Assembly (NCBI GenBank): GCA_944325445.1
Contig: CALVAG010000001.1
Span: 55,652 to 119,651 of the forward strand
Direction of reading: 5' to 3'
Length of the DNA stretch: 64,000 nucleotides
Origin: an uncultured Bacteroidales bacterium
Lineage (GTDB): Bacteria > Bacteroidota > Bacteroidia > Bacteroidales > UBA932
In this document: piece after piece, positions 26,762 through 35,639 of the stretch
How the letters are laid out: each line of letters begins with the position of its first letter
Position numbering within the stretch: position 1 is the first letter of the stretch
Made by a program: the position numbers and the translations under genes
Notes under the pieces: model-generated
The model's database searches: none
Seen by the model: only the letters and a program-made list of their open reading frames with translations
What the model was told of the DNA's origin: nothing

Positions 26762-27667
26762 ATGAGACCTACATTACTTATTTTGGCTGCCGGAGCCGGC
26801 AGCAGATACGGAGGGCTTAAACAATTGGATGTAGTAGGCCCGAATGGCGAAGCCATAATGGATTATTCTGTATATGATGCCGTAAGAGCCGGTTTCGGCA
26901 AAATAGTTTTTGTAGTAAGGCGTCATTTCAGGGATGAGTTTGAACAGAAAATCGTTTCCAAATATAAAAAAATCGCAGACGTGGTTCTTGTCGAGCAGGA
27001 ACTCGACGATTTGCCTGACGGGTTTGCCGTAAATCCCGCGAGAGAAAAACCTTGGGGAACGGGCCATGCCGTATTGATGGCGGCAGATGTCATAAAGACT
27101 CCGTTCGCCGTTATAAATGCGGATGATTTTTACGGGAAAACCTCTTTTGAGACACTGGCGGATTTTCTTGTCGGGTGCAAGAACAACGGGGAATATTCCA
27201 TGGTTGGATTCTCTTTGGAAAAGACGCTCTCCGAGAGCGGTACAGTTTCCAGGGGAATCTGTTCGGTAGATGCAGGCGGATTCCTGACCGGAGTGGAGGA
27301 GCATCATAATGTAATGGCAGAGGCCGACGGAATTTATGGCGACGGAATGGACGGCAAGAGGTACAGGCTTTGCAGTCATACTCCTACATCCATGAATATG
27401 TGGGGCTTTACTCCGGACATTTTCGAGTTCGGGGAAGAGTTGTTCAAACAGTTCCTTTCTGAATCTGCAGAGGATTTGAAGCGTGAGTTTTATATCCCTT
27501 ATATAGTAAATTGCGCACTGGAGGCTAAAAAGGCTACCGTAAAGGTGCTCTCTACGCCGGATAAATGGTTCGGAGTTACATATAAAGAGGATAAGGCCCT
27601 TGTAATAAGGAAAATATCGGAGATGATAGAGAAGGGAGAATATCCTGCAAATTTGTATAATGTTTAG
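26762..27667 (+). CDS. Sugar-phosphate nucleotidyltransferase family protein
   Basis: 301 aa with LILAAGAGSRYGGLKQ (the G-x-G-t-R-l type NTP-transferase motif) and WGTGHAV. Confidence 0.8.
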   Translation: MRPTLLILAAGAGSRYGGLKQLDVVGPNGEAIMDYSVYDAVRAGFGKIVFVVRRHFRDEFEQKIVSKYKKIADVVLVEQELDDLPDGFAVNPAREKPWGTGHAVLMAADVIKTPFAVINADDFYGKTSFETLADFLVGCKNNGEYSMVGFSLEKTLSESGTVSRGICSVDAGGFLTGVEEHHNVMAEADGIYGDGMDGKRYRLCSHTPTSMNMWGFTPDIFEFGEELFKQFLSESAEDLKREFYIPYIVNCALEAKKATVKVLSTPDKWFGVTYKEDKALVIRKISEMIEKGEYPANLYNV

Positions 27668-28472
27668 AAATATCAATTTTTTTCTCCCGACATTCAGGCA
27701 GTGTTGGATTATCGTCTTCTTCATAGTGGTGGTGGGGAGCCTGCTGGCATTGCCTTTGGCATTGCTTACAGATAATCCTCTTATTTTATATGTGATACCG
27801 TTTGTCCCGGCGTTTGTCTATGTTGCCGTAAAGGGAAAGTATGCGCGCAATGAGTCGGAAGCGGCGGAAATTCCAGTAGAGAATTGCAAATACGGTTCAT
27901 TCAGGCATACGTTCGCTGTCGCATTGATGTTGGGTATTGCGACCATTTTGCTTATTTTCGTTTTGGAACCTCTTTCATCCCTTGTCGAGATTCCGGAATA
28001 CCTGATAGACGGTTTGTATGGAGCGATATTGAGAGAGCCCTTCTGGAATATCGTTTCCGTTGCGGTTGCGGCCCCTGTAATAGAGGAGTTTTTCATAAGA
28101 GGGATAATGCTGAGGGGAATGTTGCGGCAAATGTCTCCGGCAAAGGCCATAGTCTGGAGCGCATTCATATTCGCGGTGATTCATCTCAATTTTTACCAGG
28201 CTTTGGGAGCATTTACAATGGGGCTCTTTCTTGGATGGATTTACTACAAATCAGGCTCGCTGCTGTATGCGATACTTATTCACTTTATAAACAACGGCTT
28301 TAGCGCAGCAATGGTTTTGCTCTTTCCAGATATGGATATGGAGACGACCATGTATGAAATCATAGTGCAAAAATCGGGAGTCATAAGTTATATTTTGTTG
28401 TATCTTATCTCCGTTGCGTTATTCGGAATCATAATATACAGGTTGAATAAAATGTCAGGCGATGCAAAATAA
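27660..28472 (+). CDS. CPBP-family (CAAX) intramembrane glutamic protease
   Basis: 270 aa polytopic protein with the motifs PVIEEFFIRG, FAVIHL and HFINNG. Its start overlaps the upstream gene's stop by 8 nt. Confidence 0.8.
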   Translation: MFRNINFFLPTFRQCWIIVFFIVVVGSLLALPLALLTDNPLILYVIPFVPAFVYVAVKGKYARNESEAAEIPVENCKYGSFRHTFAVALMLGIATILLIFVLEPLSSLVEIPEYLIDGLYGAILREPFWNIVSVAVAAPVIEEFFIRGIMLRGMLRQMSPAKAIVWSAFIFAVIHLNFYQALGAFTMGLFLGWIYYKSGSLLYAILIHFINNGFSAAMVLLFPDMDMETTMYEIIVQKSGVISYILLYLISVALFGIIIYRLNKMSGDAK

Positions 28473-28473
28473 A

Positions 28474-29394
28474 ATGAAGTTATATCCGTTTAAATTCGAG
28501 GATGATATATCTGTCCTCAATAGCGACAGCATCATTGCCAACGGCTTTTTGGCCGAGAACAGTATCGATGATGTTATTGAAACCTATCTAGCGGATCTGC
28601 TCGGTCCAAAGGTTTTGGAATATTATCGCGGGGAATTGCCGGTCACCGTTAGAATTTCTGATATCAACGACAGGCTGCCTGTCATGGCGTGCCCCGACGA
28701 TGCGACTGCACGCGAGCGGTATATGGTGTGGGGACGTCCGTTTCTCTGGTATTTCAGCAAGGTAAAGCCGGGGGCGAAGGTATATTACGGTTTTAAGGAG
28801 GAGATGGATCCCACATCGCTGTATAATGCGGTGATGGACGGAACCGTCAGAGAGAAAATGTACTCTTTTACCCCTCATGAGGGAGATTCCCTATATGTAA
28901 AGGGAGGTATGGCCTTTTCTGCTGACGGCGATATGAGATTGGTGGAGATTTCGCAGAACTCCCCTGTGACATATCACCTGGAAGAGATCCCTGAACTTGG
29001 AGAGGCTATGGATATTTTGGACTATTCTGCCGTGACCGGTGAAAATCCGGCGGTAGGGGAGAGCCATTTTACGGTAAATCTGCGGGATATTTCAAAAGAA
29101 AACAGAATAATACCCTCTTCGTACGAGAGTTTTATCATATATGTATGCGTCGGCGGAGCCGCCCTTATAAAGACCAATGATGATACGATTTATGAGTTGG
29201 GCGACGGGGAGGTGATTTTCATACCTGAGTCCATGGAGGATTTCGTGCTGATGCCTGCAGACGGAAAAGGCGCCAGAGTGATTGAAGTGTACATGACGCA
29301 TCTGGATGAGCCTGAAAAAGACAGTTACACCGGTGAATATATAGATGATGATGTTGATGATGACTGCGGATGCGGCCATCATCACAACCATTGA
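28474..29394 (+). CDS. Type I phosphomannose isomerase-like cupin protein with an Asp/His/Cys-rich C-terminal tail
   Basis: Starts MKLYPFKFE (the track ORF starts 12 nt earlier). Cupin-like C-terminal half. The tail is EYIDDDVDDDCGCGHHHNH. Confidence 0.55.
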   Translation: MKLYPFKFEDDISVLNSDSIIANGFLAENSIDDVIETYLADLLGPKVLEYYRGELPVTVRISDINDRLPVMACPDDATARERYMVWGRPFLWYFSKVKPGAKVYYGFKEEMDPTSLYNAVMDGTVREKMYSFTPHEGDSLYVKGGMAFSADGDMRLVEISQNSPVTYHLEEIPELGEAMDILDYSAVTGENPAVGESHFTVNLRDISKENRIIPSSYESFIIYVCVGGAALIKTNDDTIYELGDGEVIFIPESMEDFVLMPADGKGARVIEVYMTHLDEPEKDSYTGEYIDDDVDDDCGCGHHHNH

Positions 29395-29403
29395 CGTTTT
29401 GCT

Positions 29404-29784
29404 ATGGATGAGGTAAGAATAGACAAGTTTTTATGGGCGATAAGGGTTTTCAAGACCCGCTCGGATGCAGCGGAGGCATGCAGGACCGGTAAAGTCTCCG
29501 TAGGAGGCAATGCTGCAAAATCTTCCAAACAGGTGAGGAGAGGAGATGTCATCGAGGTCAGGAAAGGTGCCGTACACTATAGTTATCAGGTCGTAGAGCC
29601 TGTAGAAAAGAGGCAGGGTGCGCAACTTGTCCCCAACTATGCGCTCGATATAACTCCCCAATATGAATTGGACAAACTTTCCGCCCCGAATGAAACGGTA
29701 TTCCTGAAACGCGACAGGGGCAGCGGCCGTCCTACCAAGCGTGAGAGACGCGAAATCGACAGGTTGCTGGAGAGTTTGGACTGA
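29404..29784 (+). CDS. S4-domain RNA-binding protein (Hsp15-like)
   Basis: 126 aa with RIDKFLWAIRVFKTRSDAAEACRTGKVSVGG (S4 motif). Confidence 0.85.
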   Translation: MDEVRIDKFLWAIRVFKTRSDAAEACRTGKVSVGGNAAKSSKQVRRGDVIEVRKGAVHYSYQVVEPVEKRQGAQLVPNYALDITPQYELDKLSAPNETVFLKRDRGSGRPTKRERREIDRLLESLD

Positions 29785-29793
29785 GAATGGGGT

Positions 29794-29817
29794 TTCCGGA
29801 TTACTCCTTGTCCGGAA
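29794..29817. terminator. Weak hairpin at the hsp15-like/pth convergent junction
   Basis: TTCCGGA (29794-29800) pairs with TCCGGAA (29811-29817), giving a 7-bp stem and 10-nt loop. It overlaps the pth stop and has no clear U-tract. Confidence 0.25.
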
Positions 29818-30391
29818 GGATTTGCGCAGCTTTGGCGTTGCAGATTGTCATGGCTCTGTCGGGGCCCATGGTAATGAATGCCTCTATGGCTTTTACGGCT
29901 CTCTCCAGAATAAACGGAAGTTCTTTCCGCTCTTCATCTCTGAATGTTCCCAATACATAATTTATCTGCGAGCCTTTTGAAAAATTGTCCCCGATTCCGA
30001 CTCTGAGCCGCGCGTAGTCATTCCTTCCGATAGATTCCGTGATGCTTTTCAATCCGTTATGCCCGCCTTCGCTCCCTTGCTTCCGCATTCTGATTGTGCC
30101 TAACGGAAGTGCAAGGTCATCGGAAATTACCAGGAGATTCTCCCTTTCGGTCTTTTTCTCCTTCATCCAGTAATTTACGGCCTTGCCGCTCAAATTCATA
30201 TATGTAGAGGGCTTTATGAGCGTTACCTTGCGTCCCCTTATGGAGATTTCGGCAACGGATGCGTACCTGTTTGAAACAAAAGAGGTGCCGAACTCCTTTG
30301 CAAGGCAGTCCAGCACCATAAATCCAATATTATGACGGGTATTCTGGTATTCGGCACCGATATTTCCCAATCCGGTAATTAAATAGCCCAT
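29801..30391 (-). CDS. pth: Peptidyl-tRNA hydrolase
   Basis: 196 aa with LITGLGNIGAEYQNTRHNIGF and GHNGLKSI. Confidence 0.95.
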   Translation of the reverse strand: MGYLITGLGNIGAEYQNTRHNIGFMVLDCLAKEFGTSFVSNRYASVAEISIRGRKVTLIKPSTYMNLSGKAVNYWMKEKKTERENLLVISDDLALPLGTIRMRKQGSEGGHNGLKSITESIGRNDYARLRVGIGDNFSKGSQINYVLGTFRDEERKELPFILERAVKAIEAFITMGPDRAMTICNAKAAQILPDKE

Positions 30392-30403
30392 ACCCCACTG
30401 ATA

Positions 30404-30991
30404 CTATTTCTCTGTTGTAGCGGCAGCTGCGGCAGCACCGAGAGCGGCACGGGTCATCTTGACAGCGCAGACGATTGTACTCTTGGGAGAGATAATCTGC
30501 AGACCGTCGAATGAGAGGTCGCCTGCAAGTATCGACTTGCCGAGTTGCAGTGTAGTAATATCTATGACAAGTTCATCTGGAAGTTTGTCATAAGGAGCGG
30601 AAACTTTGAGTTTTCTTGCAGAAACCATAAGTTTTCCACCCTGTCTTACACCTTCTGAATTACCTGTAATTTTGATAGGAATATCTATAACGACAGGTTT
30701 TGCTTTCGATATGGCCAAAAAGTCTGCATGCAGGGCCTTGTCTGTTACAGGATGATACTGAATATCGTGGAAAATACAGGTGTACTCTTTAGAGTCTATC
30801 TCTATGTCAATGATATATGACTTTGGTGTGTGTGTAATCTTCTTTAAGTCGTTTTCGCTTACAGAAAAATTGATGTTGCCTACGTTTTGTCCGTAAATGA
30901 CGCACGGAACCATGCCAGAGAGACGGAGCTGTTTAACGCTCTGTTTGTTGCCGATAGTTCTGGCAACTCCTTTAAGTTTGATTGTTTCCAT
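30404..30991 (-). CDS. rplY: 50S ribosomal protein L25/general stress protein Ctc
   Basis: 195 aa with GKQSVKQLRLSGMVPCVIYG-type N-terminus. The conserved pth-rplY pair is present. Confidence 0.93.
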   Translation of the reverse strand: METIKLKGVARTIGNKQSVKQLRLSGMVPCVIYGQNVGNINFSVSENDLKKITHTPKSYIIDIEIDSKEYTCIFHDIQYHPVTDKALHADFLAISKAKPVVIDIPIKITGNSEGVRQGGKLMVSARKLKVSAPYDKLPDELVIDITTLQLGKSILAGDLSFDGLQIISPKSTIVCAVKMTRAALGAAAAAATTEK

Positions 30992-31073
30992 TGTGAAATT
31001 CTAAAAAATGTGTTACTCAGTCCGGATTTTCCGGACCCCATTGCACCAAAAAAGATGCACTTTTTGTAGGGCG

Positions 31074-31081
31074 CAAAGATA
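31074..31081 (-). promoter_or_regulatory. -7 box TATCTTTG for rplY-pth
   Basis: Exact match on the minus strand, about 83 nt upstream of the rplY ATG 30991. Confidence 0.5.
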
Positions 31082-31083
31082 TG

Positions 31084-32391
31084 CTATTTTTTTTTCTTTG
31101 CCAAAACATTCACGCTGTCAAGAACATTTCCATTCCTGTCGAGCAGTTTTACAGTCATCATCCTTTTGTTTGCGCCAAGATGCAGGGCTCCCACGGTATT
31201 CGGTCCTTCGTTCCATCTGAACTTTATAAAATCTCCGTTGTGCAGCGGCGCTCCGGTCACTTTTTCCTGTCCTCTTTCATTATCGGAGGATGGAGTCTGT
31301 ATATATACGGTACCTTTTGTGCCGTCTGTCACTTCTCCGTCATATATGCAGCCTGTCCTTACATATATGTGGTTGTTGCCGGAAAGGGCGAGGTCTACGC
31401 CGCATTCATCGAACAGTTCGCTCCAGCGGCCGTATTGCGAGGTGCTCCCGTCGTTGCCGAAGAACCACTGGTAGTGTTCGCATACTATAATGTATCTTGA
31501 CGGATTTTCGGTTATGACCTTTCTTACCCATTGCATCGCTGCCTCCAGCCCGTCGGTTTCGCGCATATTCTCATTGTTGAGCATAATAAAGAGGGCATCA
31601 TTGTATTTAAAGAAATAGCATACCCCTTCTTCTCCACCGTATCCGTTGCGCGGATAGAAGCTGGCATTCTTGAAGTATTGGTTCGTAAGTTCATATTTAC
31701 GGCTCATGTTGTCGTGGTTGCCGTTCACTCCTGCCCACATGAATTTCTTGAAGTATTCGTTTTCATAGAGATTTTGCCAAAACGAGTAGCTGCCTCCCCA
31801 TGCGCATACATCTCCCAGGTGGAGAACCCAATCTGTCTCTTTATCGTATTCGAAGACTTTGTCCATCATTGCAGATGCGGCTTCGAGACGTCCTGGCAGC
31901 GGGTCGTATGCATGAAAATCCGATATGATGCAGGCGCTCCACTCCTTCGCCCCGGCGGTCTTGAAATGTCTTGCCTCAGAAAGTTCCAGTGCCTCTCTCT
32001 CTTCTTCCGGCTTCTCACCCGGAAGTATCCAATAGATATATTCGCTGTCTGGCTTCAGATTTTTCAGTTCTGCACCGCATTTATAGAATATTACATCCTG
32101 ATAGAAATTTTCGTTTTCGGAGTTTTTCGAATAAATGCCGTTGAATATATCGCAGTATTCCATGGCAGGGGCTGCATATTTTATCCGTTTCAGTTTTTTG
32201 TCTTTCAACTCCGTATAGGCTACAAAACTATGTTTGAGCGATGTATCTGCAGCCCAGCTGATGTTTATTTGCGTAGAGACATTCTCTCCGGGGCAGGCGG
32301 TTATACTGTATATTTTATCCTGCTGGCCGTTGGAAAATATGGAAGTGCATAAAAGCGCACCTGTCATAAAAAGTTTCACTCCTGTTTTCAT
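31084..32391 (-). CDS. Secreted metallophosphoesterase (purple acid phosphatase-like, with N-terminal FN3-like domain)
   Basis: 435 aa with a signal peptide, then ISDFH, LGDVCAWGG, GNHD and VCEHY motifs. Confidence 0.75.
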   Translation of the reverse strand: MKTGVKLFMTGALLCTSIFSNGQQDKIYSITACPGENVSTQINISWAADTSLKHSFVAYTELKDKKLKRIKYAAPAMEYCDIFNGIYSKNSENENFYQDVIFYKCGAELKNLKPDSEYIYWILPGEKPEEEREALELSEARHFKTAGAKEWSACIISDFHAYDPLPGRLEAASAMMDKVFEYDKETDWVLHLGDVCAWGGSYSFWQNLYENEYFKKFMWAGVNGNHDNMSRKYELTNQYFKNASFYPRNGYGGEEGVCYFFKYNDALFIMLNNENMRETDGLEAAMQWVRKVITENPSRYIIVCEHYQWFFGNDGSTSQYGRWSELFDECGVDLALSGNNHIYVRTGCIYDGEVTDGTKGTVYIQTPSSDNERGQEKVTGAPLHNGDFIKFRWNEGPNTVGALHLGANKRMMTVKLLDRNGNVLDSVNVLAKKKK

Positions 32392-32416
32392 TTTACCTGT
32401 TTTAATTGCAGAGGTG

Positions 32417-32424
32417 CAAATTTA
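32417..32424 (-). promoter_or_regulatory. -7 box TAAATTTG for the secreted metallophosphoesterase
   Basis: Exact match on the minus strand, about 26 nt upstream of ATG 32391. Confidence 0.5.
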
Positions 32425-32478
32425 TGGGTAAAAATTCAAAAAAAAGTCATAAAAATTTGCTATTATGAAAAATTGTCT

Positions 32479-32486
32479 TACCTTTG
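32479..32486 (+). promoter_or_regulatory. -7 box TACCTTTG for reverse rubrerythrin
   Basis: Exact match, 78 nt upstream of ATG 32564. Confidence 0.5.
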
Positions 32487-32500
32487 CAATAGATTTTAAA

Positions 32501-32521
32501 AATTATTATTTGCTAATAATT
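32501..32521. promoter_or_regulatory. Perfect 8-bp inverted repeat AATTATTA-N5-TAATAATT just downstream of the rubrerythrin -7 box (candidate operator)
   Basis: AATTATTA at 32501-32508 and TAATAATT at 32514-32521. This sits about 15 nt after the -7 box, at or near the expected transcription start. Confidence 0.35.
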
Positions 32522-32563
32522 AAAATTTAATTCAATAACAATAACAATTAAAAAGTAAAGATT

Positions 32564-33124
32564 ATGAAAAAGAAATTTATCTGCACAGTATGCGGTTATG
32601 TACATGAAGGCGATTCAGCTCCTGAATTTTGCCCGCTTTGCAAGGCTCCGGCAAGTAAGTTCAAAGAGGTAGTGGAAACAGAAGGCGCTCCCGTATGGGC
32701 GGACGAGCACAGACTCGGAGTGGCAAAAGGTTGTGATCCTGAGATTTGGGAAGGTTTGCAGAACCATTTCAACGGTGAGTGTACAGAGGTGGGAATGTAC
32801 CTTGCAATGAGCCGTCAGGCAGACAGGGAGGGTTATCCCGAGGTTGCCGAGGCATTCAAGAGATATGCTTTCGAGGAGGCTGAGCATGCGGCAAGATTCG
32901 CAGAGCTGATAGGCGAGGTAGTATGGGATACCAAGACAAACCTCAAGAAGAGAATGGAGGCCGAGGCCGGTGCATGCGAAGACAAAAAACGAATCGCGAC
33001 AAAGGCAAAACAGTTCAATCTGGATGCCATCCATGATACTGTTCACGAGATGTGCAAGGATGAGGCGCGTCACGGCCAGGGATTCGCAGGTCTCTATAAG
33101 AGATATTTCGGAGAGGAGAAGTAG
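32564..33124 (+). CDS. Reverse rubrerythrin (N-terminal rubredoxin-like CxxC...CxxC, C-terminal diiron ferritin-like domain)
   Basis: 186 aa with [10 protein letters not shown]...CPLCKAP followed by the E..E..H ligand patterns EEAEHAARF and KDEARH. Confidence 0.9.
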   Translation: MKKKFICTVCGYVHEGDSAPEFCPLCKAPASKFKEVVETEGAPVWADEHRLGVAKGCDPEIWEGLQNHFNGECTEVGMYLAMSRQADREGYPEVAEAFKRYAFEEAEHAARFAELIGEVVWDTKTNLKKRMEAEAGACEDKKRIATKAKQFNLDAIHDTVHEMCKDEARHGQGFAGLYKRYFGEEK

Positions 33125-33206
33125 TATTTCCGGATAAAAGCGTAACGCAAGAGGGTGAATTTTAAGTTAAATCCAAATTTATTTTAAGGTTCACCTCAGA
33201 TTTACC

Positions 33207-33239
33207 GAAGAATGGCTTTGAAAGTCATTCTTCTTTTTT
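33207..33239 (+). terminator. Intrinsic terminator downstream of rubrerythrin
   Basis: GAAGAATGgCTTT-g-AAAGtCATTCTTC followed by TTTTTT (33234-33239). Confidence 0.7.
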
Positions 33240-33342
33240 ATTGATATCCGGAAAGACACCCTTATTTTTCATCAGGCCTCTTATGGATGTGCCAAAAGTG
33301 TGTTCGAACGGAGCGACCCCACACGACCCAAAAGGAGGAATT

Positions 33343-34158
33343 TCAAGGCTTGCTCCTATAACTCTTTATCCATGCGGATATATCGGTCGGTACTCTTGCT
33401 GGGTTTTTGAAGATATAGTGCAGCAGATAGTACAATTTTACTGCAACATATTGCAACATGTTGGAGTGCCGTCTGTAAAAATGGCGCATGGAGCGTTGTA
33501 CAATGGTTTCTCTCTCTAAACTGCTCCATATTGCAGACGTGCTTCCTCCTCCGTAGTGGCAGATTGGAGCATTTGCGTCTTTTATCTTTATGCCGGAACT
33601 GTTTATTGTATAGAAGAGGTCCAAATCTTCTGCATACATGAAATAATCCTCGCACCATTTTCCTATTCTGCGGAAGTTTTCTGCAGAGATAATTACAGAA
33701 GCTCCCTTATACCAGCGGAGAGCCTTGTCACGGTTGAAGTTCCAGCGTAAAATGTTTCCTATGAATGGTAGTGGCATTGCTCCGTTTTCCATTGAACCGT
33801 CTCTGTTTACGAGCGGATTTACATAGACATGCTGCGGGGCTTCCATAATCTCGAGATAATCTCCGTTCAACCTTCCGTCTATTACCGTATCGGGGTTGAG
33901 GAAGTGGAAAATCTCTCCTGTCGCCTTTGCTGCAGCGATATTGTTGGCTTTGGCAAAACCATAATTGCAGCAGAGCGGGAGATAAAGGACCCTTTCATGC
34001 CTCAATTCATTGCAACATTTTGAAAAGGAGTTGTCGGTAGATGCATTGTCGGCCACGATGACCTGATAATCGACTGTCAGGTTCTCCGTGATGCTTTTAA
34101 GGCAATTATATAGCAGATCTCCTGTATTATAATTGACAATGATAATAGAGACAACCAT
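33343..34158 (-). CDS. GT2-family glycosyltransferase
   Basis: 271 aa with VSIIIVNYNTGDLL, ADNASTDNS and LNPDT. Confidence 0.85.
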   Translation of the reverse strand: MVVSIIIVNYNTGDLLYNCLKSITENLTVDYQVIVADNASTDNSFSKCCNELRHERVLYLPLCCNYGFAKANNIAAAKATGEIFHFLNPDTVIDGRLNGDYLEIMEAPQHVYVNPLVNRDGSMENGAMPLPFIGNILRWNFNRDKALRWYKGASVIISAENFRRIGKWCEDYFMYAEDLDLFYTINSSGIKIKDANAPICHYGGGSTSAIWSSLERETIVQRSMRHFYRRHSNMLQYVAVKLYYLLHYIFKNPARVPTDISAWIKSYRSKP

Positions 34159-35639
34159 TACTTTTTCTTTTTTAATGCTTTGAACAGTTGTGCCTTAATG
34201 TCGCAATATTCGCTGTTTTTGTAGATGAACTCGTAAGTGAGTATGATAATGGCAACTCCTGAAACAAGCTGGATTGCAAGTCCGATGAGAGGGTTCATCT
34301 GAACGAAATTGAGCAGATTTATGATACTTCCCATGATTGCGGCCACTGCCAATGGAGGCAGCAGGTCCCTGATCTGTTCGGTAAAACTGTAGCCTATTAT
34401 TTTCGAGACATATAGCGCATGTATGGTAAAGAGTACGGCATGGGTGAAGATCATGCCGTAAAGCAATGCTTCTATGCTTATGAATATGCCGAGAAGGAGC
34501 GGAATGACTGCCAGCAGCGTTTTCAATATCTCCAATATCAGGGTTATATCTGAACGTCCGTCGGAATTTATGACATTTGCACTGCACATTATTACAGGTA
34601 TGAAGAATCCGGAGAAGCAGAGTATCCTTATATAGCGTATCGACGGTATCCATTGTTCGCCGAAGATCCCTACAGTGAAGTTGGAGGCGATGGCCCACAG
34701 ACCGAAAACTGCGGTAAATGCAATTAAAACAGTGGTTTTCAGAACTTTTCTATATACTTCTACTCGGCGTTTCCGTTCATCCTGTACAGATGAGAGTACC
34801 GGAAAACTTACACGCTGCATTACTATGCTTACATTTGAAGAGACCATGTTTTTTGTCTTGTTTGCACGTGTGTACTGTCCCAGCAGCGATGAAGTGTAGA
34901 ACTTTCCTATGATGAACGAATACATTTCTGTCCAGATTGCACTTATGATAGATGTGATCAGCAGTCTGCTTCCGAATGAAAACATCTCCCTGAAACTTTT
35001 GCCGGAAAACAGCAGATGCGGACGCCATCCGGAGATGCCCCACAACATTAATGTGCTTATTACGGATTTGCCCAACTGCAAAACCACGAGACTCCAGACT
35101 CCCATACCCCAAAATGCGGCGCCGATGGCGAGCAATGATGAGGCGACCGAAGAGAGCAGCGATATCTTTGCCTGTGTCTTGAAATCTATTTTTCTTATGA
35201 AAAGGACTTTCTGCACTATGCCCAGGGCATTCACCACAAGCGAAAGCGAGAGGATTCTTATTATGGGCACAAGTATATCTTCGCCAAAAAAATCGGCAAT
35301 ACAGGGGGCGGTGAAAAAGAGAATGGCGTATAGAAGAAAGCTTATAGCCAAATTGAAATGGAAGACAGTGCTCAAGTCGGAATCATCGACCTCTTTCTTT
35401 CTGGTGAGCGCTCCGGTAAATCCGCTGTCTACAAGCGATGTGGAAAGCGTTATGAAGATTGTGGTCATCCCTATGACTCCGAAGTCCGATGGAGTGAGCA
35501 ATCTTGCCAATACGACATTGGCTATCGCCACTATGCCATAATTGAGGAAATTGTCTACAAATCCCCAGCTTACACCTTTGGCGGTCTTGTCTTTAAGCTC
35601 ACTGTTCATATTCGGTAATGCAATTTTTATATGTCTCAA
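34158..35639 (-). CDS. Polysaccharide/O-unit flippase (Wzx, MOP superfamily)
   Basis: 493 aa with about 12-14 TM helices and the N-terminal KGVSWGF..NF motif. The start may be the MNSELKD Met at 35609. Confidence 0.8.
   Translation of the reverse strand: MRHIKIALPNMNSELKDKTAKGVSWGFVDNFLNYGIVAIANVVLARLLTPSDFGVIGMTTIFITLSTSLVDSGFTGALTRKKEVDDSDLSTVFHFNLAISFLLYAILFFTAPCIADFFGEDILVPIIRILSLSLVVNALGIVQKVLFIRKIDFKTQAKISLLSSVASSLLAIGAAFWGMGVWSLVVLQLGKSVISTLMLWGISGWRPHLLFSGKSFREMFSFGSRLLITSIISAIWTEMYSFIIGKFYTSSLLGQYTRANKTKNMVSSNVSIVMQRVSFPVLSSVQDERKRRVEVYRKVLKTTVLIAFTAVFGLWAIASNFTVGIFGEQWIPSIRYIRILCFSGFFIPVIMCSANVINSDGRSDITLILEILKTLLAVIPLLLGIFISIEALLYGMIFTHAVLFTIHALYVSKIIGYSFTEQIRDLLPPLAVAAIMGSIINLLNFVQMNPLIGLAIQLVSGVAIIILTYEFIYKNSEYCDIKAQLFKALKKKK

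Noticed and set aside
26774-27724. 316-aa minus-strand ORF.
   Set aside because: It is antisense to the nucleotidyltransferase gene with its GAGSRYGG motif, and its translation has no recognisable features.
33290-33330. GTTCGAAC element resembling a tRNA T-loop in the rubrerythrin/GT2 spacer.
   Set aside because: No acceptor stem, D-arm or anticodon arm can be built around it, and the flanks lack the conserved tRNA positions. It also lies partly next to the 3' end of the GT2 gene.
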